This document shows, in pieces, positions 52,322-62,445 of a stretch of DNA of 64,000 nucleotides. The notes below the pieces were generated by a model. It saw nothing but the letters and a program-made list of their open reading frames with translations. It had not been told where the DNA came from and did no database searches. Position 1 is the first letter of the stretch; each line of letters starts with the position of its first letter. This DNA is from Candidatus Marinacidobacterales bacterium (GTDB taxonomy: Bacteria; Acidobacteriota; Vicinamibacteria; Marinacidobacterales; SMYC01): contig CBDCYI010000011.1 of assembly GCA_965224085.1 (NCBI GenBank), forward strand, positions 32,001 to 96,000. Reading direction: 5' to 3'. A program made the position numbers and the translations under genes.

Positions 52322-52529
52322 CAGGAGGCGTCGTGACCCGACGCTGGCAGGAGGCGTCGTGACCCGACGCTGGCAGGAGGCGTCGTGACCCGACGCTGGC
52401 AGGAGGCGTCGTGACCCGACGCTGGCAGGAGGCGTCATGAGACGACGTTGGGAGGAGGCGTCATGAGACGACGTTGGGAGGAGGCGTCATGAGACGACGT
52501 TGGGAGGAGGCGTCATGAGACGACGCTGG
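52322..52529 (+). repeat. Tandem array of eight 26-bp units, each containing an SD, a start codon and an overlapping stop
   Basis: 4x CAGGAGGCGTCGTGACCCGACGCTGG then 4x (C/G)AGGAGGCGTCATGAGACGACG(T/C)TGG. Confidence 0.97.
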
Positions 52530-52997
52530 CTCCTCGTGCTGCCGCTCCTCGTCTTGACGGTCGCTTGCGATCAGACATCGAAACGGCTTGCGGCGGAGCT
52601 TCTTCACGGGCTCGGCCCGCACGTCTATATGGGAGGCTCCGTCACTCTTCTTTACTCGGAGAACGCGGGCGCCTTTCTCGGCCTCGGCGCCGCGCTCGAG
52701 GCGACCACGCGGTTTTGGCTCTTCACCGTGGGCGTGTCGCTCCTGCTCTTGCTCTTCGCGTTCAAGCTGCTCCGCGCCTCGAGCGTGACGGAGCTCGTCG
52801 GCTGGTCTCTTATCCTCGGAGGCGGTGTCGGAAATCTTTTAGACCGCCTGTTCCACGACGGGCACGTCATCGATTTTCTTCGCGTCGGTGTCGGCGGGCT
52901 CCGAACAGGCCTTTTCAACGTTGCCGATGCAGCTATCGTCCTCGGGCTCATCGGACTTCTGTTCGCCGCCGTCGCTCCGCAGGCGAAACCGCGCTAG
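52515..52997 (+). CDS. lspA: Lipoprotein signal peptidase II
   Basis: DQTSK, ENAGAF, GGGVGNLLDR, VIDF, FNVAD. Confidence 0.95.
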   Translation: MRRRWLLVLPLLVLTVACDQTSKRLAAELLHGLGPHVYMGGSVTLLYSENAGAFLGLGAALEATTRFWLFTVGVSLLLLLFAFKLLRASSVTELVGWSLILGGGVGNLLDRLFHDGHVIDFLRVGVGGLRTGLFNVADAAIVLGLIGLLFAAVAPQAKPR

Positions 52998-53143
52998 ATG
53001 GATGACAAAAACGCAAGGACTGTGGCAGAGCGACCAGGAAGCGGGTAGCTTTTAGGCAGTAGCAACTCGTATTACGGGAACTAGATGACGTAAAATGCGG
53101 GTGGCCTGCGGATCCCAACCGTGTGGCTTCGGATGCGAATGAG

Positions 53144-53548
53144 ATGATGAAGCGGAAATGGTTCTTTGGGGTCGTCCTGGCGGTGCTTCCCTTCGCGGTT
53201 TCTTGCCAGGATTTGAGCGATTACCCCTATTTGTTCCTCACCGGGTTTTCGGAGAGAGAGCTCGTCAAGATGTCGCGCATGTCCGTTCGCGAGCTCGAGG
53301 AGCGCATCGGGCTCAGTGAAGTTCCCGGTGGTTTCTGCGGCAACAACGCGGCTCGCGGACAAGCCGCTCACGCCATCGCGAGCTATCTCGGCACACGCCG
53401 CTGGGGGCCGGACATCACGCTGGCTTTCGGTTACTTGAGAGAGTATGGCCATTGGTTCCTTTACGATAACGAGGCCGATCCGATCGACCTTGCGGCGAAC
53501 TATGCCGGCATTGCTTTTGCGCTGCAGGAGGCGGAGCGACACGAATGA
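53144..53548 (+). CDS. Hypothetical lipoprotein
   Basis: Basic N-terminus, hydrophobic stretch, lipobox-like AVS-C; stop overlaps the next ATG. Confidence 0.6.
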   Translation: MMKRKWFFGVVLAVLPFAVSCQDLSDYPYLFLTGFSERELVKMSRMSVRELEERIGLSEVPGGFCGNNAARGQAAHAIASYLGTRRWGPDITLAFGYLREYGHWFLYDNEADPIDLAANYAGIAFALQEAERHE

Positions 53549-55554
53549 GCTCGGGCACTCTACCGACGTCTTGCGTTCTCGATTGTCCCGACACGTGCTC
53601 GCTCGAAGTCACCGTGGAGGACGGCGTCATCACCAAGATCGAAGCGGCCCCTGATAGCGGCAATCCCGTCACGAACGCTTTCATCTGCTCCAAAGTGCGG
53701 CGCTTCGCGAAGCGCGTCTATCACGAGGACCGGCTGTTGCACCCCTTGCGTCGTGTGGGCGCCAAGGGAAGCGGTGCATTCGAGCCTATCTCATGGGACG
53801 AAGCGATTGAAGAGGTCGCGTCGCGCTTGGGCGCGATTAGAGACGAGCATGGCGGTGAGGCCATCCTGCCCTACTCCTATGGCGGCTCGAACGGCTTCAT
53901 GACGGACGAGCTCGTGGACAGCATCTTCTTCGCCCGGCTCGGGGCCTCGCGTCTCGCGAAGACGATTTGTGCGGCGCCGACGAGCGCCGTTGCCGAGGAG
54001 ATGTACGGCAAGATGGCGGGCGTCGCTTTTCCCGATTATGTCGAAGCGGAAGCGATCCTCATCTGGGGTGCCAACCCGAAGGCGTCGAACATCCACCTCA
54101 TTCCCTATTTGAGAGAAGCGAAGAGCCGCGGTGCGTTCATCGCCGTGGTGGACCCCGTTCGTCAGCTCTCGACAGACCTCGTGGACCTTCACCTGCCGGT
54201 GTTCCCCGGGGCCGATTTGCCGCTGGCGCTCGGGATGATCGACCATTGGTCCAAGGAAGGGAAGCTCGATCGCGGCTTCATCGAGCGCCACGCTGAGGGG
54301 CTCGAGCCGCTCTTGGACGCTGCATCCTCGTGGCCGCTCGAAAAAGCCGCCGTCGATGCTGGTGTGGACGAGGTAGAGTTCCGCGAGCTCGCCGAGCGCT
54401 TCGCGGGTGCGCCAAAAGCGCTACTCCGCTGCGGCTGGGGTCTCGAGCGCAATCAAAATGGTGGACAAGCCGTCGCGGCCGTTATGGCCATTCCCGCTCT
54501 CCTTGGAAAATTCGGCAAACGCGGATGCGGCTTCACGCTCAGCAATAGCGGCGCCGGCGAGATGGACGTTTCGCAGATTTGGGACCGGGCGTCTTGGAAC
54601 ACCCGCGTCGTCAACATGACGGAGCTCTCGCTCGTTTTGAATACGCCGCCCGATCCTCCGATTCGCGGCCTCTTCGTCTTCAACTGCAATCCAGTAGCGA
54701 CGGTTCCGGACCAGAACGGGATTATCCGAGGTTTGTCGCGCGATGATCTCTTTACTGTCGTTTCGGAGCAGGTGATGACGGACACGGCGCGCTACGCAGA
54801 CATCGTGCTCCCGGCGACGACCTTTCTCGAGCATCGCGAGCTCAGGCGCTCTTACGGGAACTATGTTGTCGGGGCTACTGAGCCCGTTATCGAGCCGAGA
54901 GGCGAGGCACGCACGAACCTAGCTCTTTTCCAAGCCCTCGGCCGCGCGATGGGTTTTACGGACGACGCGTTCCGATGGAGCGAGGACGAAACGCGCGAGA
55001 AAGTGATCGCCGCGATCCGCTTGAACGGCAAACTCGTTTCGGCCGAGCCTCTTCGCGCAGGGAAGTTTCACGGCTACGATTTCGATGGTCCTGCGCCCAT
55101 TCAATTCGAGAACGTGTTTCCGGAAACGCCCGGCGGCAAGATTCAGCTCACGCCCCGATGTCTCGGTGAGCGCCCGTATCATTATGATCCGGTTCGCTCC
55201 GAGGGCTTTCCCTTGGCGCTCATTTCTCCGGCAACGTCCAAGACAGTGAGCAGCACGCTCGGCGAGTTCAATCTGTCCGAGTTGCGCGCGACCCTTCATC
55301 CTCGTGATGCCGTGCCAAGAGGGATAAAAAGCGGGGACCGCGTACGTGTCTTCAACGAGCTCGGAGAAATCATGTGCCACGCGCGTGTCGGCGAGCACGT
55401 CCGGGCTGGGGTCGTTCACATCCCGAAAGGCGCGTGGATGAAATCCTCTCTCAATGAGCGCGTATCTACCGCTCTCACGCCGACCCACGTCAACGTGGTT
55501 GCCGGCGGCGCGTGCTTCAACGATGCGCGCGTCGAAGTCGAGCTCCTGAGCTGA
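53545..55554 (+). CDS. Molybdopterin oxidoreductase (YoaE-like) with N-terminal 4Fe-4S site
   Basis: CVLDCPDTC..CSK, RLLHPL, ISWDEA, WGANP, TDTARYADIVLPATT. Confidence 0.92.
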   Translation: MSSGTLPTSCVLDCPDTCSLEVTVEDGVITKIEAAPDSGNPVTNAFICSKVRRFAKRVYHEDRLLHPLRRVGAKGSGAFEPISWDEAIEEVASRLGAIRDEHGGEAILPYSYGGSNGFMTDELVDSIFFARLGASRLAKTICAAPTSAVAEEMYGKMAGVAFPDYVEAEAILIWGANPKASNIHLIPYLREAKSRGAFIAVVDPVRQLSTDLVDLHLPVFPGADLPLALGMIDHWSKEGKLDRGFIERHAEGLEPLLDAASSWPLEKAAVDAGVDEVEFRELAERFAGAPKALLRCGWGLERNQNGGQAVAAVMAIPALLGKFGKRGCGFTLSNSGAGEMDVSQIWDRASWNTRVVNMTELSLVLNTPPDPPIRGLFVFNCNPVATVPDQNGIIRGLSRDDLFTVVSEQVMTDTARYADIVLPATTFLEHRELRRSYGNYVVGATEPVIEPRGEARTNLALFQALGRAMGFTDDAFRWSEDETREKVIAAIRLNGKLVSAEPLRAGKFHGYDFDGPAPIQFENVFPETPGGKIQLTPRCLGERPYHYDPVRSEGFPLALISPATSKTVSSTLGEFNLSELRATLHPRDAVPRGIKSGDRVRVFNELGEIMCHARVGEHVRAGVVHIPKGAWMKSSLNERVSTALTPTHVNVVAGGACFNDARVEVELLS

Positions 55555-55641
55555 GCGGCCTTGACACGCATTGAAGCGCGTCGCCTGAAAAGCCGCTTTG
55601 CCACAAGCGAACGGCGTGGATTATCCGTCCTGGCTCCGCGG

Positions 55642-57080
55642 CTACTGGTCGGAGTCAGCCGTCGCCGTGGTGGAGCGTTTCCGTTCGCGAAACTCGAACT
55701 CGGGATAGTCGCGCTCGATGCGCACGACCTCGAAGAGCGTCGCGATGAGCTCGTCGTCGTCCCCGGCTCGTGCGGGGTTGTGTAATACGTCCACACCACG
55801 TCGAGATCCTCGGTCACTTCGAAGGCCCGGCCGCTCGTCGTCTCGGTGATCAGCGTATTCCCGTTCGGGAGTCGCTGGTTGGATCCACAGATTGGACTCG
55901 AGAAACCGTTGACTTCGTTGCCGCCAAAAAGCCACCGGATCTCCTGGGTGAGAGGGTCGAACTCCACGACCTTCGACATGCCGAAATGGCCTTCGTTGTC
56001 GAAGAGCAGCATGTTGCCGTTCGCCAGCAAAGTCGGTTGGTGCTGCGCGGCCCATAGTCCCGAGAGGGCCCAGACGACGGACTCTGTCTCCATGTCGACG
56101 ATCGCGATGGCGTTCGTCGTCGGCGAGGAGATGAGAGCGTTGCCTTTTGCGAGGACCGGAGATCGTGCGGCATGGGATCCGTCGAGGATCTCGATCGTGT
56201 TCGTGTGCAAAACGTCGCCGAACCTCTCCATCTTGGCAAGAAAAGACGCATAGGGCGATCGCTCGAAGGCCTCGAGCACGGATATCTTCTTGACGATATT
56301 GCCGTTAATGTCGAGCACGACGATGAAGTCCTTGAGCACGAGCTCAACGGGATGGAGCCTCGGGATGACTTTCGCTTCGCGCGATAGGGTGTGGATGAAG
56401 CCGTTCTCATCGACGAACAGATCGTGATGGATGCGGGCTGGATTGGCCCATATCAAATTCGAATCCATGTCGAGCTTGATGAGACCAAAACCGTCGAAGA
56501 TCGCGAGCAAATCGCCGTTCGGGTACATGTAGGCGCGGCGCCAGAATTCGAGATAGGAGACACCGCGTGGCTCTTTGGAGTCGGGAAAGGCCCGATGAAA
56601 CGGTTGCCGCCATTCGTGCAGCACCGTTCCGTCCATGTCGATGAGAACGGCCTTCTCGGAATCCCCGGAGGTGTAGAGGCTCAGGCCGTCATAGGCGCGC
56701 TCGCGGTCGTAGGCCGTCACGCCCTTTTTTTCGGGAGAGGCTTCGTAGCCGCTCAAATAACCCACGGCACGCAAGCGAGCCATTTGCTGTGCCTGTTCGG
56801 GGCTGAGATCCGAGGCGTCTGGCGGGGCCTGAGTCTTCTCCCAGAATCCTTTTCGCCGATCGGGGGCGAGGTAATTTTCTTGCAAGTAGTAGTACACGCT
56901 CCGCGTCAGCGGCCGCGTTCTCACCCAGAGGATGGCGCTCCGAATCGTTTGGTAGGGAGGGATTTGATGCGCGTGGACCATATAGCCGAAGGAGAAAGCA
57001 ACGGAGAGAAGCAGCGCTAGGACGAGACCGGTGCGCACAAAGCGTGGGGTCCTTGTGGCCGATGGGGTGTCGGTGGTCAA
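55642..57080 (-). CDS. Arylsulfotransferase (ASST-like) family protein; frameshift near 55782
   Basis: HHD, HTNTI, QHQP, LLFDN, GSNQRLPNGNTLITE; C-terminus (NPARAG..IATLFEVVR) in another frame. Confidence 0.8.
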
Positions 57081-57184
57081 AAGAATGTGCCTTTTCTAGA
57101 TAGTGTGCGATCTCAGTGCTTTATTTGGGATTGGGTCGGATCTTTAGAAGCGTAGCATCGCCCTTTGGCAGCCACAACCGGGCG

Positions 57185-58678
57185 CTACGTTTCGACGGCA
57201 GCTTCCCGTGGCGGCAGCCGAAGCCACCGACCGAGACGCGCGCCTCCCGGAATACCTTGCATCGTGGCGGTAAGAACGCTCGGAAAGAGAACGCGGACAA
57301 CGAGAGCCGTGATGCATAGGTAGAGGGATCCGCGGCAAAGCAGCTGGACGATGAGCGGCAAGCTCTCGAGGCCTAGGGTTACATGCAACGCGAGGACGGC
57401 CACGGTGGCGCCGACGAGGGGTGGTGCGAGGACGGTTCGAGGCCAGCCTTGTTGAAGCCACCTCGTTGCCACCCCAATCGCTACGACCGCGGCCACGAAC
57501 TGCCCCGCGGCAAGCGCCCAGGCATAAGCGACCATGTTGCCGCCGAGCATGACGGTGAAGATGACGGGCGCTGTCGCGAGCGCGACCGTAACGTCGAGGA
57601 GCACACACCGCCTTAACTCGGTCTTTGCTAGAACAATGTTGTAGCCCGCGCCGAACACACAGACCGCGGCGCCGATGGCAGCGCCCGGAGCGATCAGAGG
57701 ATCCGCGGCGATCCAACGCTCGCCGTAGAGCACGCGGAGCACCGCTTTTCCTTGCCAGCCGACGAAAAAGGCTCCCGGCAAAACGATCCAGAACACCACT
57801 TGAAGAAAAAGGGTCGCCGTTCTCCTGTAGCGCTCGGGCTCCGCCGCGTGTTTCGGAAGAAGCGGGTACACCGTCTCGGCGAAGATGCTGTTCACTTGCC
57901 CGACGGTGCTGAGAAAAAGCGATTGCGCACGTTGCAGGAGTCCGAGCGCGGCAAAACCGAGCTGTAGAGGCAAGACCGCTGCCTCGAGCGCGCCGCGCGA
58001 GGATTGGAGCAATCCGGACCAGCTTTGCTGGAATCCGAAGAGTAAGGAAGACTTGTATCTCCGCCAATCGAGAAATTTGAACCAGCCTGGGGGGCGAAAG
58101 CGGTGCACGAGGAGAAGATCGACAGCACCCGGAATTGCGGGAACGACGTTCGCGCCCGCCACGATGGCAAGTGCGCCGAACCCAGCGACGCCCAAGCTCA
58201 ACATGGTCAGAATGCTAAAGGCTTTGCTGATGCCGTCGAGGATGCGGAGACGGGGAAAATCCAGTGCCCGCTGGAGCATGGTGCTGCGAAGAGCGCTCGG
58301 GCACTCGAAGACAGCGCCGAGCGACGCCAAGTGCAAGAGGAACGCGATAGAGCGGTGGCTCGGCAAGAACCAAAGGCCGCCGGCGATGGCGTTCGTCACG
58401 ACGAAAAGAGTAGCTTGAAGCCAGAAGCCAGCCCGCCAATGCATGGTCCAGTCCGGCTCTTCACCTTCGGGGAGCTGTAGCGCTTGGCTCACGAAGGCTC
58501 GGCAGCTCAAAACGTTCAGCATCGTGAGGACGCCGACGACCGCTCCCGCCCGTCCGTACTCCTCCGGCGGGATGATCCGCACGAGAACGAGCATGGCGCC
58601 GAACTGAGCGAGCATCGCGAAGACGCGATAGCCGGTCGTCCAGGCGATGCCTTTAAGAATGATGTCGTTGGTCGCCAT
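57185..58678 (-). CDS. Oligosaccharide flippase (Wzx/PST family)
   Basis: G.AWT, L.RI..PEEYG, LQR.LDF..L, ~12-14 TM helices. Confidence 0.85.
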   Translation of the reverse strand: MATNDIILKGIAWTTGYRVFAMLAQFGAMLVLVRIIPPEEYGRAGAVVGVLTMLNVLSCRAFVSQALQLPEGEEPDWTMHWRAGFWLQATLFVVTNAIAGGLWFLPSHRSIAFLLHLASLGAVFECPSALRSTMLQRALDFPRLRILDGISKAFSILTMLSLGVAGFGALAIVAGANVVPAIPGAVDLLLVHRFRPPGWFKFLDWRRYKSSLLFGFQQSWSGLLQSSRGALEAAVLPLQLGFAALGLLQRAQSLFLSTVGQVNSIFAETVYPLLPKHAAEPERYRRTATLFLQVVFWIVLPGAFFVGWQGKAVLRVLYGERWIAADPLIAPGAAIGAAVCVFGAGYNIVLAKTELRRCVLLDVTVALATAPVIFTVMLGGNMVAYAWALAAGQFVAAVVAIGVATRWLQQGWPRTVLAPPLVGATVAVLALHVTLGLESLPLIVQLLCRGSLYLCITALVVRVLFPSVLTATMQGIPGGARLGRWLRLPPREAAVET

Positions 58679-58811
58679 GCGTCCGATTGGGAAGGGGAGT
58701 GAGGTCTTGAATCCAGACTAACATGTCGTGACGCGCAGTCAACGGATCGGGCGGGGACGCATATGAATTGGGGACAGGCATGACATAGAATCCCTGCCGG
58801 AGGTTGGAGCG

Positions 58812-60422
58812 ATGAATCGATTGGTGAGTGATTTTCGAAGCTTGATTCTTGCGGTGGGCTTTTTGACGATTGCGCTTTGTGCGACCGCGGCCGAGCCCCC
58901 GGATGCCCGGCTCGACGAGCTGAAACGCGAGGCTGTCGAGGAGGTCGAGTCGCTTCGAAAGCTTACCCAAGTGACCGTGGATATGATCTTCAGCTTCGGT
59001 GAGCTCGGCTTTCAGGAATTCGAGACCTCGGACTACGTTACGGGGCTCTTGCGAGACAACGGCTTCGAGGTCGAGATGGGAATGTCGGACATGCCCACGG
59101 CGTGGATGGCGCGCTGGGGATCGGGCCGCCCGGTGATTGCCTTTGGGAGCGACATCGACGGTATCCCCAAAGCGTCACAAAAACCCGGCGTCGCTTATCA
59201 CGACCCCATCATCGAGGGGGCGCCCGGCCACGGCGAAGGCCACAATTCCGGGCAAGCGGTCAACGTGACGGCCGCGATCGTGCTGAAGAAGATCATGGAG
59301 CGCGAAGGCATTCCCGGAACGCTCGTGCTTTGGCCGGGGGTCGCGGAAGAGCAGCTCGGCTCCAAAGCGTGGTTCGTGCGCGACGGCTATTTCCAGAACA
59401 TCGACGCGTGTGTGTTCACCCATGTGAGCCGAAACCTCAACACGAGCTGGGGGCAGCGAAGCGGCAACGGGCTCGTCTCCGTCGAGTACACCTTCCGCGG
59501 CGAATCGGCGCACTCGGCGGGATCGCCGTGGCGCGGACGCAGTGCGCTCGACGCGGTGGAGCTCATGAACAGCGCGATGAATGCTCGTCGCGAGCACCTG
59601 CGGCTCTCGCAGCGCACGCATTACGTCATCACGAATGGCGGGGATCAGCCGAACGTCGTGCCCTCGGTGGCTTCCGTTTGGTACTACTTCCGCGAGCTCG
59701 ACCAGCCGAACATCAAGCGGCTGTTCGACATCGGCAACAAGACCGCCGAAGCGGCCGCGATGATGACCGACACCGAAGTCGAGTGGCGCATCCTGGGGAC
59801 GGCCTATCCAGGTCATTTCAACAAACCGATTGCCGAGGCGATGACGAAGAACATCCAGGTTGTGGGTCTTCCGGAATGGAGCGAAGCTGACCAAGCTCTC
59901 GCCAAGGCGCTCCAAAAAGAGATGGGCACCGAGCCGACCGGTCTCACGACCGAGCTCGCCGAGCTTCAAGGACCGGCTGAAGAGCCGCGCACGGGCGGCG
60001 GCTCGGACGATATCGGAGACATCTCGTGGAACGTTCCCACGCTCACGCTTCGTTTTCCTTCGAACTTCAGCACAGGCGGCGGCGGGCATCACTGGTCGAG
60101 CGCCGTCGCGATGGCCACCCCTATCGCTCACAAAGGCGCGACGGCGGGCGCCAAGGTCATGGCGATGACCGGGCTCGATCTCTTTCTCGACCCGGAGCTT
60201 CTCGAGGAAGCGCACAAATACCTCAACGAAGTGCAGAAGAAAGACCACGAGTACACGCCGTTCATCTCGGATGCCGATCCACCGGCGACGCACCTCAACG
60301 AGGAGATCATGAACCGGTATCGGGATGAGATGAAGAAGTACTACTTCGACCCCGAGAAATACGACACCTATATGGAGCAGCTCGGGATCGAGTACCCGAC
60401 GGTACGGGAGGAGAATCAATAG
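58812..60422 (+). CDS. M20-family amidohydrolase (AbgB-like), secreted
   Basis: Signal peptide; ELGFQEFET, GHGEGHN, AEE, H.AG.PW.GRSALDA, GSDDIGD. Confidence 0.9.
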   Translation: MNRLVSDFRSLILAVGFLTIALCATAAEPPDARLDELKREAVEEVESLRKLTQVTVDMIFSFGELGFQEFETSDYVTGLLRDNGFEVEMGMSDMPTAWMARWGSGRPVIAFGSDIDGIPKASQKPGVAYHDPIIEGAPGHGEGHNSGQAVNVTAAIVLKKIMEREGIPGTLVLWPGVAEEQLGSKAWFVRDGYFQNIDACVFTHVSRNLNTSWGQRSGNGLVSVEYTFRGESAHSAGSPWRGRSALDAVELMNSAMNARREHLRLSQRTHYVITNGGDQPNVVPSVASVWYYFRELDQPNIKRLFDIGNKTAEAAAMMTDTEVEWRILGTAYPGHFNKPIAEAMTKNIQVVGLPEWSEADQALAKALQKEMGTEPTGLTTELAELQGPAEEPRTGGGSDDIGDISWNVPTLTLRFPSNFSTGGGGHHWSSAVAMATPIAHKGATAGAKVMAMTGLDLFLDPELLEEAHKYLNEVQKKDHEYTPFISDADPPATHLNEEIMNRYRDEMKKYYFDPEKYDTYMEQLGIEYPTVREENQ

Positions 60423-60458
60423 CGAGTCACGTACTAGCTAAAAAAAAAGAGTGACCGT

Positions 60459-61904
60459 TTGATCGGCTTCGAAGGATTGGACCTGGCCGTCCTCGTCGGA
60501 TACTTGACGGCGACGACGGCCTGGGGCGCCTGGCTCGGTCGAGGGCAGACCGGTGGGACCGACTACTTTCTGGGAAACCGGGAGCTCCCCTGGGGGGCGG
60601 TCATGCTGTCCGTGGTGGCCACGGAGACCAGCACGCTCACTTTCCTGAGCATTCCTGGTGTTGCCTATCTCGGCACACTGGTTTTTCTGCAGCTGACGTT
60701 CGGCTACCTCACCGGGCGGACTGTGGTCTCTGCGATCCTTCTGCCGGCTTACTACCGGGGAAAGATCACGACGGCCTACGCCTTGCTCGAGACCCGCTTC
60801 GGCATACGCGCCCGGCACTTTACTTCCGGAGTCTTCATGATCACACGCCTGCTCGCGGACTCGGTGCGTCTGTTCGCGACGTCCATCCCCCTAGCCCTCA
60901 TCACGGGGTGGCCCTACGCATTATCCATCGTGGTCATCGGTTTACTCACGGTGGTGTACACCTATTTCGGCGGCATCAAAGCCGTCATCTGGGTAGATGC
61001 GTTGCAGATGTTCCTTTACCTCGTGGGTGCGGTGGCGGCCGCGGTGGCTCTCTCAGGCCTCGTGGAAGGCGGGTGGGCTGCGATGCTTGCGCAAGCTTCC
61101 GCGGCAGGCAAATTGCAGGTTCTGGATTTCGGGCTCGTTGTGTCGCGTCCCTACACTTTCTGGGCAGGACTCGTCGGGGGCGCCTTCCTCACCATGGGCT
61201 CCCACGGAGTGGATCAGATCATCGTGCAGCGCCTGCTCACTTGCAAGGATCTGCGCGCGAGTCAGAAGGCTCTCGTGGGCAGCGGCATCATGGTCATGGC
61301 CCAGTTCGTCATCTTCCTCATGGTCGGCATGGGTTTATGGGCTTTCTATCAGGGTCGAAGCTTCGAGCGCAGCGACGAGATATTCGCGCGCTTCATCGTC
61401 GAGCAAATGCCAGCGGGGCTCTCGGGACTGTTGATCGCCGGTGTCTTCGCCGCGGCCATGTCGTCCCTCTCCTCTTCCATTAATTCGCTGGCTTCCGCCA
61501 CAGCCTATGACTTCTGGGCCCCGGCAACGGGTCGCGAGAAGGACGAGCGAGCCGTATTGCGCATGGGCAAGCTCTTCACGCTCGCGTGGGCGACTCTGCT
61601 CATCGCTGGGGCCATCGTCTTCATCCCTTTGAGTCAAGGGAACGCGGCGGTCGAGGTGTCACTGGCGATCCAGTCGCTCGTCTATGGAGGTCTTCTCGGA
61701 GGGTTCGCGCTGGGAGTGCTCGTTCCTCGAGCGGACGAGCGCAGCGTAATGATTGGAATGGCTGTTGGGATCGGTACGGTCACCGTAATTTGGTTGACCG
61801 CCCGCTCCGCCGTCGCCTGGCCTTGGTTCGTGCTGGTCGGCGCCGCGGTTACAGTCGCCGTCGGGAGTGTCTTGGGTCGAGGACGCACTGAAGCCGCGAG
61901 ATGA
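60459..61904 (+). CDS. Sodium:solute symporter
   Basis: DYFLGNR, SVVATETS, GGIKAVIW.D, DQ..VQR, AAAMSSLSS. Confidence 0.92.
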   Translation: MIGFEGLDLAVLVGYLTATTAWGAWLGRGQTGGTDYFLGNRELPWGAVMLSVVATETSTLTFLSIPGVAYLGTLVFLQLTFGYLTGRTVVSAILLPAYYRGKITTAYALLETRFGIRARHFTSGVFMITRLLADSVRLFATSIPLALITGWPYALSIVVIGLLTVVYTYFGGIKAVIWVDALQMFLYLVGAVAAAVALSGLVEGGWAAMLAQASAAGKLQVLDFGLVVSRPYTFWAGLVGGAFLTMGSHGVDQIIVQRLLTCKDLRASQKALVGSGIMVMAQFVIFLMVGMGLWAFYQGRSFERSDEIFARFIVEQMPAGLSGLLIAGVFAAAMSSLSSSINSLASATAYDFWAPATGREKDERAVLRMGKLFTLAWATLLIAGAIVFIPLSQGNAAVEVSLAIQSLVYGGLLGGFALGVLVPRADERSVMIGMAVGIGTVTVIWLTARSAVAWPWFVLVGAAVTVAVGSVLGRGRTEAAR

Positions 61905-62033
61905 CAAAGTCGACCGCGACCCGAGCACGTTGACATCCTAGTGTTCTGAGAATACTTTCACGTAGATTTGCACGGGTCGATAAGCCGGCCGAAGCCGCCC
62001 CCGACAATGACGACGTGGGGAAGCAAGGACGGG

Positions 62034-62300
62034 CTAGCTCTTCTTGTCGAAGGCCTCGAAGGGGATGGCCTCGTCTTCGAGCATGATGGGGATCGCGTCC
62101 CGGATCGGGTAGAGAAACTTGCGGTCTTCTCTCAAGAGCCCGGCGTCGATCTTTTCCTCGACCGCTTGGCCGCCCCGGTTCGAAACACCGCCCGCCGCGA
62201 TCTGCTCGTTGACGCGGTCGATCGCCTCGCCTTCGAGAAGTGTGACGGGCTGCTTGGTATCTGGGCAACAGAGAATTTCGAGTAGCTCCGAGTCAATCAT
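62034..62300 (-). CDS. Trm112/YcaR-family protein
   Basis: LLEILCCP..K, YPIRD.IP.ML.DEA. Confidence 0.88.
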   Translation of the reverse strand: MIDSELLEILCCPDTKQPVTLLEGEAIDRVNEQIAAGGVSNRGGQAVEEKIDAGLLREDRKFLYPIRDAIPIMLEDEAIPFEAFDKKS

Positions 62301-62445
62301 GGTGCTGTAAAGCTAGCACAAAGCACTAAGCGAAGACGAATGCTGCGTGATAGGTGTCGTACCGCTCCTTGTCGATTTCGCGTGAAGTGCTTCATGGCGG
62401 TGCGGGGTACGAAACGACTAGGATGCACTTGAAGGAGGAACGACA

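Noticed and set aside
52322-52529. CRISPR array
   Set aside because: The palindromic 26-bp units are directly adjacent with no unique spacers, and no cas genes are present.
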